A stretch of 45,142 nucleotides of DNA, taken from contig ML002305.1 in NCBI GenBank assembly GCA_003614675.1, forward strand, positions 1 to 45,142, written 5' to 3'. Of the stretch, positions 1-12,551 are shown in pieces. Source of the DNA: Dimargaris cristalligena. Its lineage: Eukaryota. Below the pieces are notes generated by a model that saw only the letters and a list, made by a program, of their open reading frames with translations, had not been told where the DNA came from and did not search any database. A program made the position numbers and the translations under genes. Positions within the stretch are counted from its first letter, which is position 1, and every line of letters starts with the position of its first letter.

Positions 1-710
1 TGCAGAGGCGCCAATTGGCTCACCGTGGACCTATAGTGTGCTGTACGATGTGCATTCGGAAATTGTATACCGCTACTTACATACCATATCAACTTAAAAT
101 TACCCGAACATGTTGGAATTTGATGCTTATTTTTATTTAATAACCCCCAGACTGGATAACCACCCCCCCCCCTTCGCCATTTCTGTCAATATTTTTTCTC
201 AATCCAGTGGGCTTTTAATAAACAAGACGGTGTTTCTTGCAGGCGATTTCTGAACGACGTTACCTCTCTGCCGTAAGTATAGGTATATATTATTTCTTAT
301 CCCGTGATGATGGATTTGTACTGAACGTGGTCATACTTGAATTTTCTGGGCCTGAGCATGTCGAATCCACTAAAAAGAAACGACGTTGGCGGCTTTCATC
401 AACTGGCATAGTATGGAACATAAAGCCATGGCTAATCCTCCCGGCCCATTGATTTGGTTGGCACTTTTTTCCGCTCTATAGGCCCCCCACTGGAGTTGGC
501 AACTCTCAACGCACTCAATGTAGGTATACCTCCCCCCCAGGAAAGTCTAGCATGGATGCTTAAGATCCTACCGAAGGACTCTGTTCCTGTAATCCGGAAC
601 CATTGAAGTATATCATATGTAATGGTGTCAAGTACCATCGGTTCTGCCCTTAACATACACCGGGCTATATTATAAATAGCATAGTTTGCATATTCCTCGT
701 AGCACCATAT

Positions 711-986
711 GGGAGAAGTTCATTCAGGCTGTATAATGAAAAATCCATTGGACGAGGCCAATATTACTGGTTAAAAGCTATTCTCACATATATTCGCCCA
801 TACACATATTATGTAGACCCTTATACAGCTGGTTTGAATTTCATCCATATGGCAGAAGTTCATCCAGGCTGTATAACGAATAATCCATTTGATGAGGTAA
901 ATATTACTGGTCAAAGGTTATTCTCCCACATATTATCCCACACATATATTGTGTAAAATCTTATACAGTTGGGTTGAAGTTCACCC
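711..986. mobile_element. Two head-to-tail copies (711-846, 851-986) of a ~136-bp MITE-like element
   Basis: Period 140 bp. Each copy begins GG(G/C)AGAAGTTCAT(T/C)CAGGCTGTATAA and ends TTATACAG(C/T)TGG(T/G)TTGAA(T/G)TTCA(T/C)CC, an imperfect ~26-bp inverted repeat. ATAT occurs before, between and after the copies. Confidence 0.75.
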
Positions 987-1251
987 ATATGCATTCAAAG
1001 TAAATCCATGATAGTTGTCACATTTGATCAATTCCTAATCCCCCCTACTATTTACCGAATAACTTAACTCGCCTCCCAAGTAGTATCCACAATTATGAGT
1101 GGTAAGCAGTTTCCTGATATTTGGTTAGATAGTCCCGCGATCCCTCTCATTAATCAAGACCGGATCCTACTGTAAGCTAAACGATGACTGCGTGAAATTT
1201 TCCAATATACCATACTAAACATGCCAACAGTTTTGGCCTAATTAACCAACT

Positions 1252-1387
1252 GGGTGAAATTCGGCCCAGGTGTATAAGGTTTTAAATGATTAGTGTATGG
1301 GATAATATATGGGATACTTAATTTTAACCAGTAATATTTGCTTCATCTAACGGATCTTTTGTTATAAAGCTCGGTTGAACCTTGCCC
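1252..1387 (-). mobile_element. Inverted copy of the MITE-like element
   Basis: GGGTGAAATTCGGCCCAGGTGTATAA...TTAACCAGTAATATTTGCTTCATCTAACGGAT...GTTGAACCTTGCCC is the reverse complement of the 711/851 copies. AACT flanks both sides (1248-1251 and 1388-1391). Confidence 0.75.
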
Positions 1388-3094
1388 AACTGGAACCAGA
1401 CAAGTCGCATTAGAACCTTTCTAATTATCAATCGGTGGGGTGCGGTGAATGACGTATCGGCTATAGCCAAATTTGTCTAGCGTACATTCAATACCGCACT
1501 GTAACCGGCCCTCACCGACGATACCATAGACTTGATCCAAAACACCCCACTAGCCAGCCCCGTCTGCTCCAGTTACCCAAATGGGCTGTGCTACTTAGCG
1601 GACACTGTTTATTAAAGGTTAGCTCTAATCCATCACCCTGGTCCGTTAGTCTAGCCGCTGGGTTCGGTGGCGGAATATTTAGTCAAGCGGGGCGATTCTC
1701 CACCACCATGTCTAGGCCTGTGCCCCCCCCCGGCTGACCTACCGGTGCTACCGGAGGGATTACACTGGGGTTTGCTGTAAAAGCAGTATTGCTGCTCCCT
1801 AAAATAAAAGAATGGAGATTCTGAAACATGTTAACCTGGTGCCGATGGGTTGCTAAAGAGGAAGCACTTGAAGGAAACTACCGGTCCTGGCCCGACCGAT
1901 GGGTCCGGCAGTAAACGTACTGGCCCAAATAGTCCACCCCACATAAAAAAAGATGTAGGACGACATCAGGTTCCACCGAAGAATGGGGGTAGTGTGAACT
2001 CCACAACGGATGTAACCATTGCAGCCGAATGCGATACATCGCCCTCCCCTTTAAGAAGAGTAGGTAAAAGTGGCGTCAACTGTCACTGACGCATACGGTT
2101 TCCGTATCCTCCTAACCCATAGTGTATAGTAGATGAGACCGTTTGGAGCGAGTCCGATTTACGGCCTCGAAGCCCGAGTGGCGAATATTATGATTACTAG
2201 TCAGTGGGAGTGACCGTAGAACGAACCGCTTATTATAATACTGCACTTGCGTTCACATTGTAGCTAGTTTGTTTTCTTCGGTCTATAAACGCCACAGCCA
2301 ATTCTATATTGCTATCCCCGGTTTACCTATAACAGTCTTTAAAAACTGACACTATCGGTATACACAGTAATAACAACACCATGTTGGTATTGGGCTGCCA
2401 ACGGACGCTAGGCGTGGAGGAACCATTATGCGATCCGAAGGCAGCTTTACATCAACGTGTGCGACCAAGTTGACTGTACTACCCAGCTGGTTTCGATGGA
2501 AATGGACATAATAGAAATACATCACCCTATGTCTAAGCGCCGAGTCGGGCTGGTTTGGTAATAAATTGGTAGGACACGAATACCGAAAGCGAACTCCTTA
2601 CGACTTCTAGTCTAGCTAAAACACCCTTTGGACCGAATGGCCAGTTGAGGTGGTAATGACCATAAACTTGCTTAAGGGGGTTTGGCCGGGAGCCAGTCAC
2701 TCACTGAGGGCTGCCCGTTTTCCGCAATTGGGTTTATAGTGGGTGTGCTACCGAGCCCCACAGTGCCGGCGGGCAGCGGGGAGTCAATGATGTCGGGAGA
2801 GGGGCCTGGTGGACTAGGCCATTCATTTGTCGGGCCTTGCTAGTCTCCAACCAATTCTTCATGCCAATCAATACTCTTGCGCTTACAGCGAGTTAGGCCA
2901 AAGGTATATATACCCCCGCGGCTCGTCGCTTCATTGAAACTTCATACTATCCTCCTACCCACCGTTCACTACATAACCTCTACGAGTCTACCGCTTTGGA
3001 ATATCATCCCTTGGGTTCGTCTAAGTTCAAGTTCAACTTCAGCTTCCCAACTATCCCACGCCCTTCCCCTCCCTCTCCTGCCGTTTAAATAACC

Positions 3095-3865
3095 ATGCGT
3101 TTCCCATCGACTTTCAGCCTGGCGTTCGTCTTGGGTGTGTCGGTTGCCGTAGCTGCGCCGAACACCGACCCCACCGGCATCTCCAAAACCCGCCTGGAAT
3201 GCCAACGGTTCCCCGGTGGGAAACTTCCGAGCTCGGTGCGGAGCGCCAAGGTCCACAGTCCCCTCCACATGTTCCAGATGGCCGTTTGCCGGGACCGATC
3301 CCCCGAGGTAAAAAAATTCATTGACCGCCTGCTGGCGAACCTCGACTACGCTGATTTCTACGATTTCACGCCCGTACCCCGCCCGCCCCAGGGCCCGTTC
3401 GCCGAATTTACCAAGGTACGCGAGATCAACGCGGCGAATACCCCCGCCCGCATCGGGGACCTGCTCCACCGCAGTGACGAGGAACTGCTCGTTAAATACC
3501 CGCTCCTCTACGCCGTCAAACACGACCACGATTACGTCCCGTTGGCCCTGCACGCCCAGCTTAAGGACAGCCAGAGTGAGCCGAATAACCACTATCTCAC
3601 CAGCGTGGCCCTGGCCAAATTGGTGACGCAAATGGGTTACGATGCCGCGGTGGAATATGGTAAATATGAAGCCCAGGCGCATATGGAAGAAGTTGGGCTG
3701 AAGACCTTTAATTTGAAGGCCGGCGAGTACTCCCCGTACTTCCCGGCGGTGTTCAGATCGATCACCAACCCCAAGGTGATTGAGCAAGAGAAGAAGGCCC
3801 GGACTGAATGGGAACTTCACCAGACCCAGCCGGCCTCCCGAAGCTACGCCATGAAGGCTTATTAG
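3095..3865 (+). CDS. Orphan secreted protein, 256 aa, intronless
   Basis: ATG in an ACCATG context, a hydrophobic N-terminal signal-peptide-like segment (MRFPSTFSLAFVLGVSVAVAA/P), GC3-rich codon usage, a TATATATA run near 2905-2912 and an AT-rich 3' flank. I recognise no family. Confidence 0.8.
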   Translation: MRFPSTFSLAFVLGVSVAVAAPNTDPTGISKTRLECQRFPGGKLPSSVRSAKVHSPLHMFQMAVCRDRSPEVKKFIDRLLANLDYADFYDFTPVPRPPQGPFAEFTKVREINAANTPARIGDLLHRSDEELLVKYPLLYAVKHDHDYVPLALHAQLKDSQSEPNNHYLTSVALAKLVTQMGYDAAVEYGKYEAQAHMEEVGLKTFNLKAGEYSPYFPAVFRSITNPKVIEQEKKARTEWELHQTQPASRSYAMKAY

Positions 3866-4765
3866 AAGGACCTGGGAAATGGACTGCCATTTCGGCCTCT
3901 TCATCCGTACTTTACTTTGTATTTCTGCCCATCAATTTGTATTGTTCCGCCAACGATGGTTTATTCCTTTTACTTTACTACACTTTTCCAACATATATAT
4001 ATATCTCCGAATAAACCTTCTAAATTGATATATTATTGATGCTATTTTAACGACCTTGTGGCGTAGTTGGGCTAATAGGCGATTGAATGCCGATTTAAAA
4101 AAGGGCGGCTAAATTTTAATACCGAGACGGCCTCATCCATAAACATGGACCAATACTGGGCACCCTGAATGTACCGGATTGCTTTATGACTTTACTGAAC
4201 AGTAATGCCCCATGAACTTAACAACCCGTAAGGATTGCTGTTAGGCACTCGATTTCTACATGACCTGCAAGGTTAACTACGGAGGCCTGATTATCACGGC
4301 GACCGCCTCCAGTGGTGTCACTTGTGCGGACAGGTTGCACGGTACGACCCACACGCTCCTCTCCTGCGGCGTTTCTGGTAACCAACAATACCCCAACCCG
4401 ACACTTAATGGCAGGGCCGGTTTGTCTATCCCCTTTCTGCATCGAAAGAGAGAGGACGCTGACTCGAGTCCAGTTAGTGGCGCGGGGTAAGAGGTAGGCT
4501 GCTCTTGGTCACTCTGAGCGACATGCTCTTCTTTATTACTTTTCCCATTCCCCCTTCTCTCTCTGTTTCTCTAGCTCCACCTCTCTTGCCCTTAGTATAG
4601 ACCCCACCCCCCCTTATCTCTCCTTTCCTTCGGTCTTTACTATTACACTACTTTTATTTTCCTTTACCCGCTGTACCTTGGGTACGTACCCTTCCCCAAT
4701 ACCATACTCACACCAAGTCTCCGCTCCTGCCCTTCCCGGCCCCCCTGTGACCCAACTTTGCCACC

Positions 4766-6300
4766 ATGTCCGGTCCCCGTCTCAACATTTTCCCGACCCG
4801 GATGGCCCAGACCACCATGAAACTCCGCCTGAAGGGCGCCCAGACGGGCCACAGTCTGCTCAAGCGCAAGAGTGAAGCCCTGACGAAGCGATTCCGGGAC
4901 ATCATCAAGAAAATCGAGGAAGCCAAACTCAAGATGGGTGTGGTCATGCAAGTGGCTGCCTTTTCCATGGCCGAAGTCAACTACATTGCCGGTGACATTA
5001 GGTAATGGAGAGAGCGTAAACTCGTTGGGTTATCTAGCCAGAGAGCCGCCTTAACCCCTCGCCCTCCGAGGTCTTTTGTATTCGCCCGGACTGCGGGAAT
5101 GCTGAACGGGAGGGGGGAAGGGGGCCCTATGCAACCCCTCCCTCGGACCTTGGGTGGTATAATAATAGCAGTGACCTTATACTTAACCACACGCTATATG
5201 ACTAACCCGTATTATATTATGACTGCGTCTTGATATATATATAACTATATCCACACAGCTACCAAGTTCGCGAAAACGTCAAGAGTGCCCAGCTGCGCGT
5301 TCGGGCCAAGCAGGAGAATGTATCGGGTGTCATGCTTCCATCGTTTGAGCAGTACTCCGAAGGCTCGAATTCGTTCGAACTGACCGGGTTGGGTCGCGGT
5401 GGCCAGCAAATCCAAAAATGCAAAGACACCTACACCAAGGCCATCCTAACCCTCGTGGAATTGGCTTCTCTCCAGGTAATTATTTCGCCCCATGTTAATC
5501 CTACGCGGACTGGTATTGATACTATCGAACTCGTACATTGGAGCAGGCTATCTTAGCATCAACCTATTGACCTCCTCACTTGATTCACTTTTAACCATTA
5601 ATTATATATACATATGTTTATGAATCTTTATGATAACGCCCCATGCATATTTGCTGTTAGACTGCCTTTGTCATTCTGGATGAGGTCATTAAGCTGACGA
5701 ACCGCCGAGTCAACGCCATTGAACACGTTATTATTCCCCGCCTCGAGAACACCATCAAGTATATTATTTCCGAGCTTGACGAGCAGGATCGTGAAGAATT
5801 TTTCCGGTATGCCCTATCTATTAAAAATTTGTTGATGCTACGCAATGCCCCTTCATCCTGTAGACTCCAACGGTGGGTTGGAATATACCCCACCTATGGA
5901 CCTATGTATTAACTTGATTATAATCCCCTTGAATTCGGTATTTTCTTGACCAACAGTCTTAAGAAAATCCAGACCAAGAAGAAGGAGGCCCGCGCCATTG
6001 TCGAAAAGGCCGAGTTCGCGTCCGCCGCCCAACGGGAACTTGGTATGTATAACTAATTTAAATTGCTCGGCGAACCATGCCTAGTTAAACTGGACACCCT
6101 TCTGCTCCCGCGGTGAAGGCCAAGTCTAGCCCACCCAGCCGAATTTACCGCCAGATGGGTATTGCCCTACTAACCATCGAATACTGTAATATGTGCTTGA
6201 TACCGTTTGTAATTACCTTTTTTATTATTCATTAGATGAGGCCGAAAGCCAGCCAGCCGACATACTCCAGGCTGACCAAGACGAAGACATTATCTTTTAG
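4766..6300 (+). CDS. VMA8: V-type H+-ATPase subunit D, ~249 aa; exons 4766-5001, 5259-5475, 5661-5806, 5957-6042, 6236-6300
   Basis: Hallmark peptides [80 protein letters not shown] and C-terminal DEDIIF*. Four GT..AG introns keep the frame (exons total 750 nt). Confidence 0.96.
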
Positions 6301-6774
6301 ACGCCAAGGCCGCGTCAAGTGACCGTCTCTACTAGAATTGCCGTATAGTACCTGAATATACGACCGCCACCTTTATTCTTTGACCCTTCCCCCACCATTC
6401 TGTTCGGTATTGTTTTCTAAGTGTTTTTTCGCTGTTTTGTTTCAATTACAGTTATCTGTACTGCTCATTTTACTTATTTATTATTATATTATATGATCCA
6501 GCCTTTAACCACCAAATTGCTCCACTTTGTCGCTCGATCAAAACAAAAATACACTGGGACTTTGTACCACCCTATCGATGATATACATGCTACTCCTTGT
6601 CAGTTATGGGGTGAAGCTAAGCTCTAGTCTACGTTAAAATAAGTCACTGATTGGCATAATATTGGACGAGAGGGAATCTAACCATAGAGACAATCCACTG
6701 AATCGCCAAAATTTTGGAAAATACTAAAAATACAGTACTGGTCTCTAGCATCATAGTAAAAAAAAAGGTAGGGA

Positions 6775-7494
6775 CTAAGGTTCGAATAGATTAGTACAGG
6801 GTTTAGGGTTATAAACTCTTAGATTACGGGCCAGAAACGGCTGACCAGGCTGCGAACTCGCCGACAAGGGAGGCACGTTGACATGGGCTAGCCGATACTC
6901 CCAGAGGTAGTCCAGATCGATGCGGGGATCATAATTATCTAGGATACAGCGAAATTGTAAGGGCCGGTAAATAATGCATTTGGTAGTCCGTACCAAGTCG
7001 GCTCCGAAACTCGACGAAGTATCGCTCTGCGTTGTTGACCCGTGGTCTGAGTTGGCAGCAGTAGCTAACGGCGGGTTGCCCCTGGCTATGAAACGACGTG
7101 GGGGCAGATGGCCTCGATACCTGGAATAGCGACTGAGGGCAGGCCGACAAGTCCGACATAGGGTCCCCGAACCGGGTGATGCATACCGGGGTCGCTTGTT
7201 GTTGTGGTTATTGCTGTTGTCGTGATGACTACTACTACTACTACTACTACTGCCTAGGGCGGGGTGGGCTTCGGCCGGGCTCGCCAGAAACCAGGTGGTG
7301 ACATCTTCCAGCGATCGTTTGCAGGAACCGCTTGGGTCCTCGGAAGAAGATGCTAAGGGTGGAGGGGCCCTGGAGGAGGGACCCAATGTAGAATGGGGCG
7401 ACTCCGGCGGCTCGTCGCCAATTAGGTGGGAGTACAGTAAATCGAATTCATAATTAACGGTGGCGGGATCAAGACCTTCGGAAGGTTCGGCCAT
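6775..7494 (-). CDS. Hypothetical protein, 239 aa; Ser/Pro-rich N-half with an NLS-like KRPR and a more ordered C-terminus
   Basis: ATG-initiated 720-nt ORF, more GC-rich than its AT-rich flanks, convergent with VMA8. No recognisable domain. Confidence 0.6.
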   Translation of the reverse strand: MAEPSEGLDPATVNYEFDLLYSHLIGDEPPESPHSTLGPSSRAPPPLASSSEDPSGSCKRSLEDVTTWFLASPAEAHPALGSSSSSSSSHHDNSNNHNNKRPRYASPGSGTLCRTCRPALSRYSRYRGHLPPRRFIARGNPPLATAANSDHGSTTQSDTSSSFGADLVRTTKCIIYRPLQFRCILDNYDPRIDLDYLWEYRLAHVNVPPLSASSQPGQPFLARNLRVYNPKPCTNLFEP

Positions 7495-8402
7495 ATATAG
7501 GGTAAATAAAGAAGAGTAGGCACAAAGGAACGGGCAACTTCAGGAAGAAACGACTGGATGTATGCAAATGGGAGACTGGCAATTCGATTACCTTGTCTCA
7601 TTCAATAAGTACTTTTTTGTTATTTTGGTCACTCAAGATCTAAAGTCCTAAACTTTGCAATGCTTAGTAATTGTAACCACATGCCTTCTGGCTTACAAGT
7701 TAGGGGCGGTACTGTAGTCAATACCATTTCCCAGAGCTGTCCTCGGTGAGTTTTCAAGTGGCTGGAACATGCTTACTAGACCATTGGGTAAGAGACTACC
7801 TTCCCAGCTGAATGATGATTCACAAAGTTAAAATAAGGGCTATTGCTGACAGGGCTATTTGACAGACAGCCCAAGAACTTATTAGCAGTGGCGAGGATTA
7901 CCAACCTTTATTAGTAACGCTTGTATATTCCCTTATACGATTCTCAGGGACTAATTTTAGAATGAGCAACTACTCGTATTTAACCGGAGGTTGGCGGAGT
8001 CGGAATTGATGCTACTGCAATTGGCGGGTTCCATTTCTCCGGCCTGCTACGAATACAAGAATATACTGGTCCTTCATATTTCCCTTGAACGGGCTGAAAC
8101 CAAGTTGACATTCTCGCTTGGACAAAGAAGTGTAATCGTTAGACCCTTTCCACCTTGACCCTAGTCCTAACCTTTCGAGCAGCATGTTCACTGCCACTGT
8201 ACCGCCCGCTTGATAGCTCTTCCGGGACCAAATCAACGACCAGGGAGGGGGGCCCGCCTTGTTCAACTCGACGTCCAGAAACCTACAGCACAACTCCATC
8301 AAAAGCCGCACCAGCGACTCTTGGAGAGTAGTAACGATACACACTTATACCTATCCCGTCAACATGACAAGGGCCTTGGAATACAGTATTGCCCAACATA
8401 GG

Positions 8403-8476
8403 TATATATAGAAAGAGAGAGAGCGCGACGCGTTCGGACTGTGGGAGGGGTTGGCCGATCTAGGCAAACGCGTCGC
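8403..8476. promoter_or_regulatory. Inverted pair of MCB (ACGCGT) elements next to a TATATATA run
   Basis: GCGACGCGTT (8425-8434) and AACGCGTCGC (8467-8476) form a perfect 10-bp inverted repeat. TATATATA lies at 8403-8410. Confidence 0.45.
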
Positions 8477-11400
8477 CACTCGACCTTCTAGCCAATCCTA
8501 ATCGGTGTAATCGCAGTAGGAATCCGTCCACTGCCTAACCCTGGTAGATCGCCCTAGGCAATGGATTAGCCGGGAATTGAAAGAAACAAAATGATGTAAA
8601 AGAATATAGAACATTGGTCTAACTTCAGTGGCGACTTCAAGTGTCGCTGGATCAGTGTCTATCCATGCTAACCATAACGTGGCTCATATAATCAGTAAAC
8701 CGGGAGGGGGTTCCTCTAAGGATCCGAATGTCTATTCCGCCCATAGAATACCCTGCTTGTGGTTTGACATGCAACATCCTTAAAATAAGATAAGCATTGT
8801 CGGATACCCCCCCAAAAAACTGATTGGAAGTCCGTGGTGTTAAAATACCAAGTTAGCACTACTAAATCAACATTTGCGTAACACTAGGATCAACCACATA
8901 ACGTAGCTTGGTCCTAGGCATTCCCGATCCCAAGTAATACGATTGACATCGCGGGGTTTTCCATTTCTAACCCTTGCGTAGCAGAGTACGACTCTAATAC
9001 CCATAGTTCCTCCGGAAAACGATCGGCGTACCGCATCCCCCAGCGGCGACCCCCAACCCTTTAGCCAAAGACCAGGGGGTATTAGGTCATTTGGAACCCC
9101 GCAATTCAGTCTGGCATAATCATCTTACGGAAGTAGGGTTGACTGAACAGATTGGAAGAGCAATCCACTGAGTCACTCGATCCCCTAGGGACCTGTGTAT
9201 CATTGCTGAGCTGTACCACCCCCCCCCCAGTCCACTCTTTCCTACAGGGCCTTTCTAAAACCTTGGATAGCCGACAACTCTCGGACGAGTCTCATTTAGT
9301 ACCTACATTTCGATTTCACCTTGTAGAAGAATGTCCGACTAATGCCCCGGATGTTAAAATGCGTTAAAGGGGCCCACCCGAGTCCTGCAACTTTATGCCT
9401 AAACGACGTTAACGATGTACCCAAATTTGTAAGTGGGAATGGCTGAGAGCAAGCCACTGCCATCACAAGCCTTGCGGTTGGGGGTCGTTGGGTGGGGGGG
9501 TCTAGAAAGAATGGGGACGATCGTCGAGCGAAACACTAGAGTGAAAACAGGGTGAGGGAGGTAGCTTTCATGGAGGGGGGGGGGTTCGGTGGAACAATCG
9601 GAAGACCTAAAGGGCCTAGTTCCCATAACGGGCAATTGTATAGGCATGACCATAACCGAGGCACGCCATCACTTTCACCATATCCGGGTAAGTGGGTGGG
9701 CTCAGCGTATGTAGAGTAAGGAGAGTCTGTCGTTGGGAAGGGGATATAACAGGGCCTTGATCACCCTATAAATGGGTTAGGAGGCTAACAGTAATGATCT
9801 ACTGGGTGATGAGGTATGTGAACTGTTCACACACCCCTGTTTATGTGTTACAGAGGGCGGTTAGCCTTAGAGTTTAATCAATGGCATCTAGCGGATGTTG
9901 TACGATTCAACAATCGACCACGGCCATTAGGGAGTACCTCATTGCATTTTCCAATAGCATTGAACAGCCACTCAGTTTCTTACCAATAACTCTACTGGCA
10001 ATTCCGGGCCATTTTACAGAAAAAAAGTATTAGGCTTAAACGTGACCGGTTTACAACTCCGTATTCTATTGTTGGTTTAGTGAGAACTGGGTAAATGTTT
10101 ATTTTTCATAACGTGGGGATAGCTCAAAGGGATAATTATGCCTTATAAACATTCCGCTGCAACACAATAAACAGGTAAAATTGAAATGTCCATAGGCCCT
10201 TATTGGTATAAATTTGCCATTCCCAGGGAATACTTTACCCCACGACTCTTTTCGTCTGCTCCTTTTATGGAGAACTGTGTTGGGTGCTGACCAGGCCGGC
10301 TCGGTCCCAACATAAAAACCAAAAGTATTGTTCTTCGGTAGACCCGCTAATCCAGAGCTGTTCGGAAGCTTTAGAATCCACCAATCGACGCATCTGGGTA
10401 CCTTTGCCAGCTACTAAGACTAATTTGTAGGTCAACATTTCCCTCTTTCTTCCCTCCCCCATCCTTCCAACATCACTAAGTCTGGAGGGCTGATCCGTTT
10501 GGGACCGTTGGTTAAGTGACTATACCCTGCCGTATGTGAAGGGAAGATCTCGGCGGTGCACAGGGCCACTTGGCAAAGGCCGCCCGGGCTCGTTTACTGA
10601 CCGGAATTTGGGTAAACATCGCCATCAATATTTAATTAACTTGGGAATCGCCCTCATCGACTATTCTAATATACCGGAATTGGTGGCCCATACTTGACGG
10701 CTATATAGAGATGGGTAGCTGTACATAACGTGTATACGCAGTGGGGGTGGCCAGTGACCTCGCCACTCTAAAGGTTTTGATAAGTTCATACATCTCAGCT
10801 GTACTACTACAGTGGCATCAGTTGACCATACCGATATCAAGAGACTGCTTGCTTAGACTTGGGAGTGTCGTCGTGCCCTAGTTTCAAGGTGCACAATAGA
10901 ACTTTAGAAACAATAGGCCTGCATCAAAAAATACAGGACTGCCATTTAATAGTACGTAATACAAATTCGGATGTCGTTCCCATCAACTTCGCAGGAATGC
11001 CTTTTTGCAGGGATTTTCTTTTCATTCTACAAGTACTTATCGGGTTGTGATTATGAGGGCTATTACTAAAATAGGGAAGCTGTTTACTTTACTCTAAAAC
11101 TCTTGGATAGCCCTCCTTTCAACGTGGTAACCAGTGCCACTTAGTATATTATACAAGCGGCCTCTTGGCGTCGATATATTATGGATTCGACTATATAGTT
11201 TGCCGGTTGAAAGCGATCAGTTGATAAGAGACATCTGGTCCAGTCGTAGCCCAGGCATCGTCTCGTATCCCTCTCAGATAATGTAAAGCAATTTTGGGCT
11301 GCAGTTTTATCTAGCATAACCAACCTCCCTACAGGGCACTGTATACCGGAGTTGTCAGTGAATTCTTAGCTGTCCTTCCGTTTGACAGGATATTAAATCG

Positions 11401-12513
11401 CTCAGTATATTCTCAGTGTCATGGATCGGTTGCAACTCAAAGGTGATCTGGCATTGAACACCATACTGTTCTATATCTGCAAGGGATTGGTGAAGACTGT
11501 GGATGTTGGATGCGGAATAGACCGGCATATTAGGCAAACCCCCCTGGCGACGGTGCTCGATCCTTTCCCTCACTAACCTGTTTGTCCCCCACCCACCTCG
11601 TCTGAAAGACGGAATGTCATACTTCTTCTATTAGATTGGTTTTTACTACCTCCCTTTGGCCTGGACTCGGCAAAAATCTAGAGGTCCGCATCCCAAACCG
11701 ATGCCGTTCTCTGGGATGCAATTGTGTACGGTAGGTCTACATTTCCTCCAAAGTACATTATCGACCCTACTGCAATATATAGGGTATAAAGTTTAAAATA
11801 AAAACCATTAGCGATGACTAAATAAAGCAGGCCTCCGGAACATCCTATTGTTCAGTTTGCCCTTATATAGACAAACTGGCCGGGTCCCAAGACCCAACGG
11901 CATACAATACAAAATACCGAATCAGGTAAGTCGATGGATGGAGGGTGGGTACCGGTCGATATTCTTGATGAGAAATCACTAATAAGGGTTCCATCTCCGA
12001 AATCCTTTTGGGGGGTGATAACGCGACTACTTAGTTGATTAAAGTGGAGTCATGGTGATTGCACTGTTTCATACTTTACCATAATCCTTTATTTCGTCGG
12101 TTTCCCATACTCTAAACGAAGAAATTAAAGAGTGGGACCGCCACGCCCCCCCAAAAAAACCATTGTTACGGCTCACTTTAACAACCCACGCTACCTATTC
12201 ATTTCCTCCGTTTAGAGCAACGCCTTTTTCGGCGGGCCAGGATGGAAGGAGGTATAGTATAGTATAGTATGGTATGTAGTTAGCGGAAATGGGGGCCGCC
12301 CTCTATACCACGCTGCACTCTATGCTACAGCATTCGGCCGATGGATGGAGATGCAACCACAGAGATGTGAAAGCGCCATGGTGGGAAACCGGACCCACAG
12401 ATGGAACGGGTACAACAATTGAGAGGGGTACAATCGCCAGCACAACTCGTGGGCAAAAGTGTTCAGTCCCATGCCCATGCCTATGCCGTTTAATACACTT
12501 AACTATATTAAAG

Positions 12514-12516
<3 letters not shown>

Positions 12517-12548
<32 letters not shown>
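12517..12548. repeat. (AT)n microsatellite
   Basis: About 16 AT units. Similar tracts occur at ~22281-22299, 23551-23576 and 26275-26302. Confidence 0.9.

Positions 12549-12551
<3 letters not shown>

Noticed and set aside
711-986. CRISPR-like reading of the tandem repeats
   Set aside because: Eukaryotic context, whole 140-bp units are repeated with no unique spacers, and there are no cas genes.
2969-3904. 311-aa ORF antisense to the secreted protein
   Set aside because: The plus-strand frame has the signal peptide, start context and codon bias; this ORF is its mirror.
10113-10140. GTGGGGATAGCTCAAAGG, resembling a tRNA 5' arm
   Set aside because: No T-loop (GTTCRA) or acceptor-stem partner downstream.
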